From positions 1,350,001 through 1,382,000 of the forward strand of contig NZ_CP030918.1 of the NCBI RefSeq assembly GCF_003324675.1: DNA of 32,000 nt. The letters run 5' to 3'. This document shows positions 1 through 8,499 of this stretch, one piece after another. Made by a program: the position numbers and the translations under genes. The DNA comes from Paracoccus suum (lineage in GTDB: Bacteria > Pseudomonadota > Alphaproteobacteria > Rhodobacterales > Rhodobacteraceae). The notes below the pieces were generated by a model. It was given only the letters and a program-made list of their open reading frames with translations, was not told the DNA's origin and searched no databases. The number at the start of each line of letters is the position of its first letter. Within the stretch, counting starts at the first letter, position 1.

Positions 1-310
1 TCAGTTGCTCGTACCACCCTGTCGCAAGTCTCTCCCAATCCTCCTGGGTCGGTATCCGCTGACCGGGCAGAGAGGACAGGGCGGTCTCGATCTCTTTGAG
101 CGGCACCCCGGCGCGCTGCGCGACGCGGACGATGGCGATCCTTCTGAGGACAGAGCGGTCATAGCGTCGGTGATTTGCGGATGTGCGCCAGCCTTGGATC
201 AAGCCCTCCTGCTCGTAGAAATGAACGGTCGAGACAGGCACGCCGGCCCGCCTCGCCACTTCGCCCACGGACAGATCGCGCTTGGGAAGGCGCTGGGTTG
301 CCTGTTCCAT
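1..310 (-). CDS. soxR: MerR-family redox-sensing transcriptional activator, SoxR-like (N-terminal 103 codons; ORF runs off the left window edge)
   Basis: Not in the supplied ORF track because there is no stop in the window. Manual reverse translation from ATG 310-308 gives MEQATQRLPKRDLSVGEVARRAGVPVSTVHFYEQEGLIQGWRTSANHRRYDRSVLRRIAIVRVAQRAGVPLKEIETALSSLPGQRIPTQEDWERLATGWYEQL... This follows the E. coli SoxR HTH/dimerisation pattern (GEVA.R.GV.VS..HFYE..GLI..R....RRY.R.VLR..A.I..AQR.G.PL). The C-terminal Cys cluster for [2Fe-2S] would lie outside the window, so SoxR versus generic MerR is not fully proven. The gene is divergent from a sox-box promoter. Confidence 0.75.
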   Translation of the reverse strand, partial: MEQATQRLPKRDLSVGEVARRAGVPVSTVHFYEQEGLIQGWRTSANHRRYDRSVLRRIAIVRVAQRAGVPLKEIETALSSLPGQRIPTQEDWERLATGWYEQL

Positions 311-318
311 TTTTGCCC

Positions 319-349
319 TTGACCTCAAGTATAGTTGAGGTCCTATCAA
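319..349 (+). promoter_or_regulatory. SoxR/MerR-type promoter-operator: -35 TTGACC (319-324), 19-nt spacer, -10 TATCAA (344-349), with the palindrome CCTCAAgtatagTTGAGG (323-340) across the spacer
   Basis: The sequence reads TTGACCTCAAGTATAGTTGAGGTCCTATCAA. The inverted repeat CCTCAA/TTGAGG is perfect. An over-long 19-bp spacer is the hallmark of MerR-family activated promoters. The palindrome is near-identical to the E. coli soxS operator core as I recall it (CCTCAAGTTAACTTGAGG). It lies 30 nt upstream of the FMN reductase ATG and 9 nt from the soxR-like ATG. Confidence 0.75.
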
Positions 350-378
350 GTCATGGAACTGGTTAAAAGGACTGTTCC

Positions 379-954
379 ATGACTTCCTCCAAACTGAAGA
401 TAGGCGTGATCTATGGCAGCGCCCGCGAGGGGCGATTCGGCGATGTGATTGGCGCCTGGTTGCTGAGCCGGCTTGAAGAGCACCCCGATGTCACGATTGA
501 AATCATCGACCCACGAGAGATGGATACCTCGGTCCGGCACAAATCCGACACGCCTTCGGCCATCAAATTGCGTGAGGTTCTGGGCCGTTCCGATGGCTTC
601 ATCGTGTTGGTGCCGGAATATAACCGCAGCTATCCCGCCGCGCTGAAAGCGGCACTAGACCTGGCCTATGGTGAGTGGCAGGCGAAGGCCGTCGCCTTTG
701 TGTCCTATGGCGGTGTCTCGGGCGGATTACGCGCGGTCGAGCATCTGCGGCAGGTCTTCGCAGAGCTTCACACCGTCAGTATACGCGATGGGGTTAGCTT
801 CCCGAATGCATGGCAGTACCGGGAGGAGAACGGCCAGTTCAATCCGCCCGCGGAGGCGGAAACGGCGCTGGCCCTCATGTTGGACAAGCTTTTCTGGTGG
901 ACCCAGGCGCTGAAAGCCGCGCGCGCGGCCCAGCCTTACGACAAGGCGGCGTAA
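379..954 (+). CDS. NAD(P)H-dependent FMN reductase family oxidoreductase
   Basis: 191-aa ORF. The N-terminus KIGVIYGSAREGRFG and the motif LVPEYNRSYPAALK are typical of the flavodoxin-like FMN_red family. It is the first gene downstream of the sox-box promoter. Confidence 0.85.
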   Translation: MTSSKLKIGVIYGSAREGRFGDVIGAWLLSRLEEHPDVTIEIIDPREMDTSVRHKSDTPSAIKLREVLGRSDGFIVLVPEYNRSYPAALKAALDLAYGEWQAKAVAFVSYGGVSGGLRAVEHLRQVFAELHTVSIRDGVSFPNAWQYREENGQFNPPAEAETALALMLDKLFWWTQALKAARAAQPYDKAA

Positions 955-956
955 TC

Positions 957-2150
957 GTGGAGCAACATCGAACCGATCCATCCTGGGCCCTGAAAGCGAC
1001 GTTGTTGGCCGTGGCGACGCTGACCATCATGTCAGGAACGGTCGTCGCGCCCGCGCTTCCTGCGATACGGCAGGCGTTCGAGGGTCAGGCGAACGTCGAA
1101 CTGATGAGCCGCATGGTGCTGACCTTGCCGGCCATTTTCGTCGTGATCTCGGCTCCGATTGCAGGCGCGTTGGCCGACCGTTACGGCCGCAAACGCCTGC
1201 TGCTGGTCTCGATCCTGCTTTACGCGGCCGCCGGCCTGGCGGGCGGGGTTTCCCAAAGCCTGCTTGGCATCCTCGTAAGCCGTGCGTTTTTCGGCCTTGC
1301 GGTCGGTGCGGTCATGACGGTTGGAACCGCACTGGTCGGCGACAATTTCGAGGGAGAGGCGCGGTCGCGCTTTTTCGGCCTGCAACAGGCGTTCACCCAG
1401 ATCGGCGGCGTGATCTTTGTCGTGGGCGGCGGTTTTCTGGCCGACCTCGACTGGCGCGCGCCGTTTCTGATCTATGGGCTCGCCCTGCCGATAGCCGTCG
1501 CTGTCATGACGGTCCTGCGCGAACCGGCCAGGGCGCAGCGCGCCGCAACTTTTTCCGGCGGAATTGAGGGCGACCAGAACTGGCCCCTTCTGGCCGTGCT
1601 GTGCCTGACTGCCTTCCTCGCGAACGCGCTGTTTTATACCGTGCCGACCCAGCTTTCATTTTATCTGAAGGATCTCGGTTATCCCAGTGCGCGGACCGTC
1701 GGCATCCTGATCGGGATATTCAATCTCGTGGCGGCAATCGCAGCACTCTCCTACGGGCGGGTCCGCAACCGGGCGAGTACGGTCGAGGTCTTTGCCGGTG
1801 CGTTCAGCCTGATGGCAGCGGGCGCGGTCGCCCTGTCCTTCGCCTATTCCTTCGCAGGATTGGTGGCGAGTCTCGCGGTCATGGGCTGCGGCCTTGGGAT
1901 GATGATGCCGAACATCATGGCTTCGGCCCTGCAGATCGCCCAACTTCGCTTGCGTGCCCGCGTAACGGGCATGACCACCGCCAGTATGTTCTTCGGGCAT
2001 TTCATGTCCCCCATCCTAAGCCAGCCTTTAATTGGCCAGGTCGGGTATGACGGTCTTTATCGCGCGGTGGGGATTTTCTACGCCGCGCTCGCCGTTATCG
2101 CGCTGGGGATTGTGATCGCCAGCATGCGAAGCCAACAAAAGATGGGTTGA
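957..2150 (+). CDS. MFS transporter (probable drug/redox-compound efflux)
   Basis: In-frame GTG at 957 lies 2 nt after the reductase TAA (952-954). The protein is highly hydrophobic with multiple TM segments, and the loop motif GALADRYGRKRLLL matches MFS motif A (GxxxDRxGRK). The track ORF start at 810 overlaps the reductase and is not used. Confidence 0.85.
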   Translation: MEQHRTDPSWALKATLLAVATLTIMSGTVVAPALPAIRQAFEGQANVELMSRMVLTLPAIFVVISAPIAGALADRYGRKRLLLVSILLYAAAGLAGGVSQSLLGILVSRAFFGLAVGAVMTVGTALVGDNFEGEARSRFFGLQQAFTQIGGVIFVVGGGFLADLDWRAPFLIYGLALPIAVAVMTVLREPARAQRAATFSGGIEGDQNWPLLAVLCLTAFLANALFYTVPTQLSFYLKDLGYPSARTVGILIGIFNLVAAIAALSYGRVRNRASTVEVFAGAFSLMAAGAVALSFAYSFAGLVASLAVMGCGLGMMMPNIMASALQIAQLRLRARVTGMTTASMFFGHFMSPILSQPLIGQVGYDGLYRAVGIFYAALAVIALGIVIASMRSQQKMG

Positions 2151-2223
2151 GGGGCGGCCGGAGAGACAGTCGGAGGGGCGCAGGACGCCCATCGAAGAAA
2201 AACGGGCGGCGCTGTCAGCTCGC

Positions 2224-2260
2224 AAGAAAAAAGGGCCAAGGCAATTATGCCCAAGCCCTT
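2224..2260 (-). terminator. Intrinsic terminator downstream of tRNA-Arg
   Basis: The minus strand reads AAGGGCTTGGGCATAATTGCCTTGGCCCTTTTTTCTT. Outer stem AAGGGC/GCCCTT and inner stem GGCA/TGCC are followed by a T-run. It begins about 9 nt after the tRNA 3' end. Confidence 0.6.
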
Positions 2261-2268
2261 GTTTCAAA

Positions 2269-2345
2269 TGGCGGACCCGGAGCGATTCGAACGCCCGACC
2301 CTCAGATTCGTAGTCTGATGCTCTATCCAGCTGAGCTACGGGTCC
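2269..2345 (-). tRNA. tRNA-Arg (anticodon ACG)
   Basis: The minus strand reads GGACCCGTAGCTCAGCTGGATAGAGCATCAGACTACGAATCTGAGGGTCGGGCGTTCGAATCGCTCCGGGTCCGCCA. Acceptor stem is GGACCCG/CGGGTCC, with D-arm GCTC..GAGC, anticodon loop CT-ACG-AA and T-arm GGGCG-TTCGAAT-CGCTC. CCA is encoded. Confidence 0.95.
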
Positions 2346-2388
2346 GTCGGTGGCGGGATGTAGTGCTTGGCGCGGGGGGGCGCAAGGG

Positions 2389-3813
2389 CTAATCCACCGG
2401 GTATGTCGATTGCAGGTCGCGCGGCAGGTACAACATGAATTGAGTGCCTTCGGCGTCGCTGCGCGCAAGCTCCAGCCGGCCGCCATGGCCGCGCACCAGA
2501 TCGGCGGCGATGGCGAGGCCAAGGCCGGTGCCCCCCTTGCGGCCGCCCGCCGCGAAGGGCTTGAACAGGGCCTCGCGTGCCTTCTCCGGCAGGCCGGGGC
2601 CGGTGTCGCCGACGCGCATCCACCACAGCGCCTCGTCCTCACCGGCGCCGATCTCGACCGTGCCGGGCTTGCCGGTCGCCTCGATCGCTTGGCGGGCGTT
2701 GCGGGCCAGGTTCGACAGCACGCGATAGAGCTGGTCGCGGTCGGCGCGGATGTTCAGCCCTGCGGGCACGTCGGTCAGCACCTCGACGCGGCCATCGCTC
2801 GCGGCCAGCGATTCCGCCTCGGCGACCTCGGCGACAAGTTTGGCAAGGTTGAAGCGGGTCAGCGTCGGCGCGGGCTCCTCGGCCTTGCCATAGGCGAGGG
2901 TCGTCTCGCACAGGCTGATAGCCCGGCGGATCGAATTCACCAGCTTGGGTGCAGCCCGGCGCACCGCGGGATCGGCGCTGTCCTCCAGCCGGTCGGCAAA
3001 GATCTGGCTAGTGGCGAGGATGTTGCGCAGATCGTGGCTGATCTTGGCCACCGCCTCGCCGAGGTTGGCCAGCCGCTCGCGCTGGCGCAGCGAGGATTGG
3101 ACGTTGGTCTGCAATTGCGCCAGGGCGGTCTCTGCCTCGCGCAGCTCGGCGGTAGGGGCATCAGGACGGATGATCGCGTCGCTGGTGCCGGGTGCCTGGG
3201 CGAAGGCGACCATATGCGTGATGACGCGCCGCATCGGCACCAGAATCAGCCGCTGCGCCGCGAGGTTCAGCAATAGCGCCGTCAGGATCGAGAACATGGC
3301 CGAGATCGCCAGAACCCGCACGCCAAAGTCGATCATCCCGGTGCGCAGCGGGCCGCTGGGCATGGTGATTTCGATCAGTTGCCCGGCGCCGTTAACGGGG
3401 GCGCCGATGACGCGGATCACCTCCTCCTTCGAGGTGAGAAGGCGCAGCATCGCATCGCGCGCGCCGGTCCAGAACGAAGTGCGGCGCAGATCATACGTCG
3501 CCGCAACCGGCGCCGGGATGGGCGAGGACAGCACCAACTGGCGAACGTCATCGCGCCGCAGCACGACGTTATAGACGCCAGCATTCTGCAGCAGCTCCTG
3601 CTCCAGATCCGCGGCGAGGGCATCGTCGGTTGTCAGCAGGGCGAGGCTGGCGATCTGCGCGCGCTCGAGCCGCGATTCGAGGTAGTCGATCCGAAAATTC
3701 GACAGCGAGGGTATGAGGATCAACACCTCCGCCAGCATGACGAAGGCGGCGGTCAAAACCGCAAACCGTCCCGAGAGCGTGTTGAATCTCATCGTTCTCT
3801 GGCGCGTCTCCAT
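2389..3813 (-). CDS. Membrane sensor histidine kinase (HisKA + HATPase_c), no cognate response regulator nearby
   Basis: H-box ISHDLRNIL, N-box LSNLARNARQA, G1 DTGPGLP and G2 GGTGLGLAIA are all present. There are two hydrophobic segments: an N-terminal one (FAVLTAAFVMLAEVLILIPSL) and one before the HisKA domain. The track start at 3846 is a TTG. ATG candidates are 3813 (METRQ) and 3792 (MRFNT), so the start is uncertain. Confidence 0.85.
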   Translation of the reverse strand: METRQRTMRFNTLSGRFAVLTAAFVMLAEVLILIPSLSNFRIDYLESRLERAQIASLALLTTDDALAADLEQELLQNAGVYNVVLRRDDVRQLVLSSPIPAPVAATYDLRRTSFWTGARDAMLRLLTSKEEVIRVIGAPVNGAGQLIEITMPSGPLRTGMIDFGVRVLAISAMFSILTALLLNLAAQRLILVPMRRVITHMVAFAQAPGTSDAIIRPDAPTAELREAETALAQLQTNVQSSLRQRERLANLGEAVAKISHDLRNILATSQIFADRLEDSADPAVRRAAPKLVNSIRRAISLCETTLAYGKAEEPAPTLTRFNLAKLVAEVAEAESLAASDGRVEVLTDVPAGLNIRADRDQLYRVLSNLARNARQAIEATGKPGTVEIGAGEDEALWWMRVGDTGPGLPEKAREALFKPFAAGGRKGGTGLGLAIAADLVRGHGGRLELARSDAEGTQFMLYLPRDLQSTYPVD

Positions 3814-3885
3814 GGCACGCGGCTGCCGGGCCGTGGTGCCTTCCAAACTGCCGCGATCTCGCCCGGTTCCGGGCGGATGTCGCGC

Positions 3886-3914
3886 TTGACTTATCTGCGC
3901 CCTCTGACTATCTG
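3886..3914 (+). promoter_or_regulatory. Candidate sigma-70 promoter for rpmH: TTGACT (3886-3891), 17 nt, TATCTG (3909-3914)
   Basis: Hexamers with 17-nt spacing were read directly. Position about 120 nt upstream of rpmH. No experimental support. Confidence 0.35.
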
Positions 3915-3926
3915 CCGGGCTTCGTT

Positions 3927-3978
3927 TATTCGCGCCTGCGTGGGCGATCCCCTATTCGCGCCTGCGTGGGCGATCCCC
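3927..3978. repeat. Perfect tandem direct duplication, 2 x 26 bp (TATTCGCGCCTGCGTGGGCGATCCCC)
   Basis: Copy 1 (3927-3952) and copy 2 (3953-3978) are identical base for base. The repeat lies between the candidate rpmH promoter and the rpmH RBS (GGAG at 4021-4024). Confidence 0.95.
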
Positions 3979-4032
3979 AGTGGTCCATGCCCAGACCTCG
4001 CGCCGCCGCACTGAGTTACCGGAGTAAGACAG

Positions 4033-4167
4033 ATGAAACGCACTTTCCAGCCGTCGAACCTGGTGCGCGCACGCCGCCACGGTTTTCGCGCCCGCATGGC
4101 GACCAAGGGTGGTCGCCGGGTTCTGAACGCCCGCCGTGCCAAGGGCCGCAAGGTCCTCAGCGCGTAA
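4033..4167 (+). CDS. rpmH: 50S ribosomal protein L34
   Basis: 44-aa ORF, below the track size cutoff: [44 protein letters not shown]. This is the canonical L34 sequence. GGAG sits 8 nt upstream and the stop is TAA at 4165-4167. Confidence 0.97.
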   Translation: MKRTFQPSNLVRARRHGFRARMATKGGRRVLNARRAKGRKVLSA

Positions 4168-4217
4168 GGCCTGCTGCCGAGCGGCCCCGTGCCCCGGCGC
4201 TGTCAGCGAGACAAAAG

Positions 4218-4643
4218 ATGCCCCCGATTCCGCCGCTCCATGCCGATGACCCCGAAGGTCCGGCTGGCCCGGCCGGAGCGGGGGCTTTCGCATTGACCAC
4301 CCTGACCATGCGGGCCGATTTCCTGCGCGCGGCCTCGGCCCGCCGGCAGGGGACGCCCGGTTTCCTGTTGCAGGCCAGGCAGCGCCGCAGCGACGAGGCT
4401 GCGGGAAGTGGCGTTCGGGTGGGCTATACCTGTTCGAAAAAGATCGGCAACGCCGTTGTCCGCAACCGCGCCAAGCGCCGCCTGCGCGAGATTGCGCGGG
4501 CGATCCTGCCGCGCGCCGGGCAACCGGGCTGGGACTACGTCCTGGTCGGTCGCCCCGGCGCGACGGTGGATCGCGAGTTTGCCGCCCTGCGCACCGATCT
4601 CGATACCGCTCTGGCACGCATCCACGGCGCGCCCGCGGCATGA
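4218..4643 (+). CDS. rnpA: Ribonuclease P protein component
   Basis: The C-terminal part is RADFLRAA...[27 protein letters not shown]...[10 protein letters not shown], containing the RNR motif (NAVxRNRxKRxxRE). It sits in the conserved position after rpmH. The ATG at 4218 is chosen, but the N-terminus is uncertain. Confidence 0.88.
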   Translation: MPPIPPLHADDPEGPAGPAGAGAFALTTLTMRADFLRAASARRQGTPGFLLQARQRRSDEAAGSGVRVGYTCSKKIGNAVVRNRAKRRLREIARAILPRAGQPGWDYVLVGRPGATVDREFAALRTDLDTALARIHGAPAA

Positions 4644-4879
4644 GCCCGCTCGCCCGTATCTTGGCCGCCCCGGTCCATGCCTACCGGCTGCTGCTGTCGC
4701 CGTGGCTGGGCCATGGCTGCCGGTTCCAGCCGACCTGCTCGGCCTATGCCCTCGAGGCGCTGCGGCTGCATGGCGGCCTTTATGGCGGCTGGCTGACCTT
4801 GCGGCGGCTGGCGCGTTGCAATCCTTGGGGCGGATCAGGGTTCGATCCGGTCCCGCCGCTTCGCAAGCCGGGGGCATGA
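4640..4879 (+). CDS. yidD: Membrane protein insertion efficiency factor YidD
   Basis: 79 aa: [31 protein letters not shown]...[18 protein letters not shown] is the YidD signature. There is an ATGA overlap with the rnpA stop. Confidence 0.93.
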   Translation: MSPLARILAAPVHAYRLLLSPWLGHGCRFQPTCSAYALEALRLHGGLYGGWLTLRRLARCNPWGGSGFDPVPPLRKPGA

Positions 4880-5844
4880 TGGACGATCTGGCAGGCGATC
4901 TGGACGAGGGCAGGGGCGAGATTCACCCGCTGTTTCGCGGTGCCCCGACCTCGACCGAGTACCGCAAGCTGCGCAAGCGGCTGGTGCGCGAGGTGCGCTC
5001 GGCGATCGATACCTACGGCATGGTTCGCCCCGGCGATCGCTGGCTCGTGTGCCTGTCGGGCGGCAAGGACAGCTATACGCTGTTGGCGATCCTGCACGAA
5101 TTGCAGTGGCGCGGGGTCCTGCCCGTGGATCTGTTGGCCTGCAACCTCGACCAAGGCCAGCCCGGCTTTCCCGCGACCGTGCTGCCGGCGTTTCTGACCG
5201 ACCGCGGCGTCGCACACCGGATCGAATACCAGGACACCTATTCCATCGTCATGGACAAGATCGCGCCGGGCGGGACGATGTGCAGCCTGTGCTCGCGTCT
5301 GCGCCGCGGCAACCTCTACCGCATCGCCCGCGAGGAGGGGTGCGCGGCCGTGGTTCTTGGCCATCACCGCGATGACATCCTCGAGACGTTCTTCATGAAC
5401 CTGTTTCACGGCGGGCGGCTGGCGGCGATGCCCCCAAAGCTGCTGAACGAGGAGGGCGATCTGACCGTGCTGCGCCCGCTCGCCTTCGTGTCCGAGGCAG
5501 ATTGCGAGCACTTCGCCCGCGCGATGGGCTATCCCATCATCCCCTGCGATCTTTGCGGCAGCCAGGAGGGGCTCCAGCGGGTGCAGGTCAAGCGCCTGCT
5601 GGACGAATGGGAGGCGCGCACCCCCGGGCGACGTCAGGTCATGTTCCGGGCCCTGATGAACGTGCGGCCCTCGCATCTGGCCGACCCGTGCCTGTTTGAT
5701 TTCGCGGCGTTGATGGGCGCGGCGCAGCCCACGGCAGCGATGCCCGCCGGCAGTGACGGCCAAACTTCGCTTGACCTTCCGCCCCCCCTTCTGTTGAACG
5801 GCGCGGATTCCCCAGACATGAAGGCCGTTCGTCAGGATGGATGA
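4876..5844 (+). CDS. ttcA: tRNA 2-thiocytidine(32) synthetase TtcA
   Basis: PP-loop [12 protein letters not shown], Cys motifs [10 protein letters not shown] and CDLCGSQ, and the [20 protein letters not shown] block are present. ATG 4876 overlaps the yidD stop (ATGA). The track start at 4408 is an upstream over-extension. Confidence 0.9.
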   Translation: MMDDLAGDLDEGRGEIHPLFRGAPTSTEYRKLRKRLVREVRSAIDTYGMVRPGDRWLVCLSGGKDSYTLLAILHELQWRGVLPVDLLACNLDQGQPGFPATVLPAFLTDRGVAHRIEYQDTYSIVMDKIAPGGTMCSLCSRLRRGNLYRIAREEGCAAVVLGHHRDDILETFFMNLFHGGRLAAMPPKLLNEEGDLTVLRPLAFVSEADCEHFARAMGYPIIPCDLCGSQEGLQRVQVKRLLDEWEARTPGRRQVMFRALMNVRPSHLADPCLFDFAALMGAAQPTAAMPAGSDGQTSLDLPPPLLLNGADSPDMKAVRQDG

Positions 5845-7735
5845 CAATAACCGCAATCTGATCCTTGCGACCGTGCTGTCGTTTCTGGTGGTCGTCGTCT
5901 GGTACACGATGTTTGCCCCACAGACGCAGCCGCCGGTTCCCGCACCGACCCAGACCGCGCAGACCGCCGGGACCGAGCCTGCGGCGCCCGCAGCGACCAC
6001 CACTGCGGCACCCGGCACCGTTGCCGCGACCCCCGGCACCGTTACTGCCCCCGCCGGCGCAGCCGATCCCACGGCCACCGCACCGCGCGTGACCATCGAC
6101 ACCCCATCGCTCAGCGGCAGCATCTCGCTGGCGGGCGGGCGGCTCGACGACCTGCTACTCAAGAATTACCGCGAGACGCTGGATCCCAATTCGCCGCTGG
6201 TGCGGCTGCTCTCGCCGACCTCGGGCCCGCGCGAGCCTGCGGCCGTTCCGGCCCTGGCCCCCGATGCGCAGCCGGATGTGCCGCCGACGAAGCCCTACTA
6301 TGCCATCTATGGCTGGCTGCCGGGTCCCGGTGTCGATGCGGCTCTGGTGCCGAGCCCGGCCACTCTGTGGCAGGTCGAGAGCGGCAGCACCTTGGCCCCA
6401 GGCAAGCCTGTTACGCTGGTCTGGGACAACGGTGCTGGCCAGATCTTCCGCCGCACCTTCGAGGTCGATGACCGCTACCTGTTCACGGTCACGCAGTCGC
6501 TGGAAAACAAGGGCGATACCGCGTTCTCAGCCTCGCCCTACGGCATCCTGGCCCGGCACGGCAAACCCGACACGCAAAACTACTTTGTCTTGCACGAGGG
6601 CGCGGTCGGCATGGCCGATGGCGAGCTGATCGAGAAGAAATACAAGAACATCGTCAAGCTCGATCCGGTCGGCGCCGAGGGCCCGGCCGACGTGCGCGAA
6701 GTCAAAGAGAACGGCTGGATCGGCTTTACCGACAAGTATTGGATGACGACCCTGGCCCCCGCCCCGGGGCAGGGCTTCACCCAGGTGGTCAAATACGCGC
6801 CCGGCGCGGACATCTTCCAGACGGAGGCGCGGCTGCCGATGCTGACGGTCGAACCGGGGACCCGGACCGACAGTGCAGGCTATCTGTTCGCCGGGGCCAA
6901 GGTGGTGGACGTTCTGCGCGCCTATCAGGCCTCGCCCGGCATCGACCGCTTTGTCGATGCGGTCGACTGGGGCTGGTTCTTCTTCCTGACCAAGCCGATC
7001 TTTGCCGTCCTGCACTGGCTGCACGGCTTCATCGGCAACATGGGCTGGTCGATCATCGCCCTGACCTTCGTTCTGAAGCTGCTGGTCTTCCCCCTGGCGC
7101 GCAAATCCTACATCTCGATGGCGCGGATGAAGGAATTGCAGCCGCAGATGGAGGCGATCAAGGAGCGCACCGGCGACGACCGGATGAAGTATCAGCAAGA
7201 GGTGATGGCCCTCTACAAGAGCCAGAAAGTCAACCCGGCGGCGGGCTGCCTGCCGGTGGTGCTGCAGATCCCGATCTTCTTCAGTCTCTACAAGGTGATC
7301 TTCGTCACGATCGAGCTGCGGCAAGCGCCGTGGATCGGCTGGATTCGCGACCTGTCGGCGCCCGATCCCAGTTCGGTTCTGAACCTGTTCGGGCTGCTGC
7401 CCTTTGCCACGCCACAGCCAGGCAGCATGCTGCACATGCTGTCGCTGCCGGCGCTGGCCATCGTTCTTGGCATCAGCATGTGGGTGCAGCAAAAGCTGAA
7501 CCCGGCCCCGGCCGACCCGGCGCAAAAGATGATCTTTGCCTGGATGCCGTGGCTGTTCATGTTCATGCTCGGCAGCTTTGCCAGCGGGCTGGTGCTGTAC
7601 TGGATCACCAACAACACCATCACGATCCTGCAGCAGTACACGATCATGTCGATGCACGGGCACCCGCCGGACCTGTTCGGCAACATCTTCGGCAATCGCA
7701 AGAAAACCGCACCAGCCAAGGCACCCAAGAAGTGA
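5837..7735 (+). CDS. yidC: Membrane protein insertase YidC
   Basis: 632 aa. N-terminal anchor [19 protein letters not shown], a large periplasmic domain, and a C-terminal 60-kDa IMP core ([10 protein letters not shown]..., [55 protein letters not shown]). It overlaps the ttcA 3' end by 8 nt. Confidence 0.96.
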   Translation: MDDNNRNLILATVLSFLVVVVWYTMFAPQTQPPVPAPTQTAQTAGTEPAAPAATTTAAPGTVAATPGTVTAPAGAADPTATAPRVTIDTPSLSGSISLAGGRLDDLLLKNYRETLDPNSPLVRLLSPTSGPREPAAVPALAPDAQPDVPPTKPYYAIYGWLPGPGVDAALVPSPATLWQVESGSTLAPGKPVTLVWDNGAGQIFRRTFEVDDRYLFTVTQSLENKGDTAFSASPYGILARHGKPDTQNYFVLHEGAVGMADGELIEKKYKNIVKLDPVGAEGPADVREVKENGWIGFTDKYWMTTLAPAPGQGFTQVVKYAPGADIFQTEARLPMLTVEPGTRTDSAGYLFAGAKVVDVLRAYQASPGIDRFVDAVDWGWFFFLTKPIFAVLHWLHGFIGNMGWSIIALTFVLKLLVFPLARKSYISMARMKELQPQMEAIKERTGDDRMKYQQEVMALYKSQKVNPAAGCLPVVLQIPIFFSLYKVIFVTIELRQAPWIGWIRDLSAPDPSSVLNLFGLLPFATPQPGSMLHMLSLPALAIVLGISMWVQQKLNPAPADPAQKMIFAWMPWLFMFMLGSFASGLVLYWITNNTITILQQYTIMSMHGHPPDLFGNIFGNRKKTAPAKAPKK

Positions 7736-8499
7736 GCCTGCCGGCCGCCCGACTGGAACGGATCGCGCGCTATCCGGTCAAGTCGATCGGCGGCCAGACT
7801 CTCGACCGGGTGACGCTGACCGCCGGGCAGGCGCTGCCCGGCGACCGGCGCTTTGGCGTGCTGCATGCCGATGCCGCTAATCATCTGGATGGCGAGGTGC
7901 TGACCAAGTGGCTGCCCAAGTCAGCCTTTCTGCGCGGCGCGGCGAGCCCCGAGTTGCAAGCCATCCGCGGCGGCTGGGGTCCGGACGGCAGACTGCATCT
8001 GACCCATCCCGACCTGCCGCCGCTGGTCTTTGATCCCGATGGCGACGAGGCGCCGCTGCTGGCTTGGGTCGCCCCGCTGTGGGCGAGCACGGGCAAGGCG
8101 CCGCCCGTGCGCCTCGTCAGCGGGCCGCTGCCGCTGACCGACACCAAGAAACCCTGGCTGTCGCTGCTGTCGCTCGACAGCCTCGACGACCTTGAGGCGG
8201 GACTCGGCCGTCCGCTGGGTGTGGACCGCTGGCGCGCCAACCTGTGGGTCCGCGGCTGGCCGGCCCAGGCCGAGCGCGACTTGCGCCTGCATCAGATCCA
8301 GATCGGCCCGGTGCGGCTGAAGGTTGTTGAGCGGATCGGCAGATGCCCCGCAACCTCGGCCGACACGACGACGGGGCGGCTGGACGGAGACATGCCTGCC
8401 GCGCTGGAGGCCGAGTTCGGCCATCAGGACTTCGGCATCTATCTGGAGGTTCAGGCAGGCGGCGAGATCGCGCTCGGCGATTCGGTGGTAGTGCTGTGA
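7732..8499 (+). CDS. MOSC domain-containing protein (MOSC_N beta-barrel + MOSC; YcbX-like but without a ferredoxin domain)
   Basis: The N-terminus LERIARYPVKSIGGQ...GDRRFGVL is MOSC_N-like. The C-terminus has RWRANLWV...GPVRLKVVERIGRCPATSAD with the invariant MOSC cysteine. GTG 7732 overlaps the yidC stop (GTGA). Confidence 0.85.
   Translation: MSLPAARLERIARYPVKSIGGQTLDRVTLTAGQALPGDRRFGVLHADAANHLDGEVLTKWLPKSAFLRGAASPELQAIRGGWGPDGRLHLTHPDLPPLVFDPDGDEAPLLAWVAPLWASTGKAPPVRLVSGPLPLTDTKKPWLSLLSLDSLDDLEAGLGRPLGVDRWRANLWVRGWPAQAERDLRLHQIQIGPVRLKVVERIGRCPATSADTTTGRLDGDMPAALEAEFGHQDFGIYLEVQAGGEIALGDSVVVL

Noticed and set aside
1-3. The window begins with TCA, which looks like a minus-strand TGA stop that would truncate the SoxR-like protein before its Fe-S cluster motif.
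   Set aside because: Counting from the ATG at 310 shows that the TCA is out of frame. The last full codon is at 4-2 (CTG), so the ORF simply continues beyond the window edge.
2150-2400. tRNA-Arg, and likewise tRNA-Cys at 12790-12863, as an integration site of a genomic island or prophage.
   Set aside because: No integrase, excisionase or phage genes are present, and I found no direct repeat of either tRNA 3' end elsewhere in the window. The soxR block to the left might still be acquired, but the left boundary is outside the window.
3847-4032. A possible oriC or DnaA-box cluster, because rpmH-rnpA neighbours dnaA/oriC in many bacteria.
   Set aside because: No TTATCCACA-like boxes are present (only TTATCTGCG, which overlaps the putative -35/spacer) and there is no AT-rich unwinding element. 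dnaA is absent, and alphaproteobacterial origins are normally elsewhere, near hemE.
4780-6162. 460-aa minus-strand ORF antisense to ttcA and yidC.
   Set aside because: It fully overlaps two genes with unmistakable conserved motifs. The translation is Arg/Ala/Gly/Pro-rich low-complexity sequence, typical of shadow ORFs in high-GC DNA.
6527-7663. 378-aa minus-strand ORF antisense to yidC.
   Set aside because: It is a shadow ORF of the well-supported yidC frame, with no recognisable motifs.
6739-8499. The 586-aa track ORF suggests a large protein overlapping the 3' half of yidC.
   Set aside because: Only the last 255 codons (from GTG 7732) look like a real protein, with MOSC_N and MOSC domains. 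The upstream part is an out-of-frame read-through of yidC. The same logic trims the track ORFs 810..2150, 3966..4643, 4408..5844 and 24538..26196.
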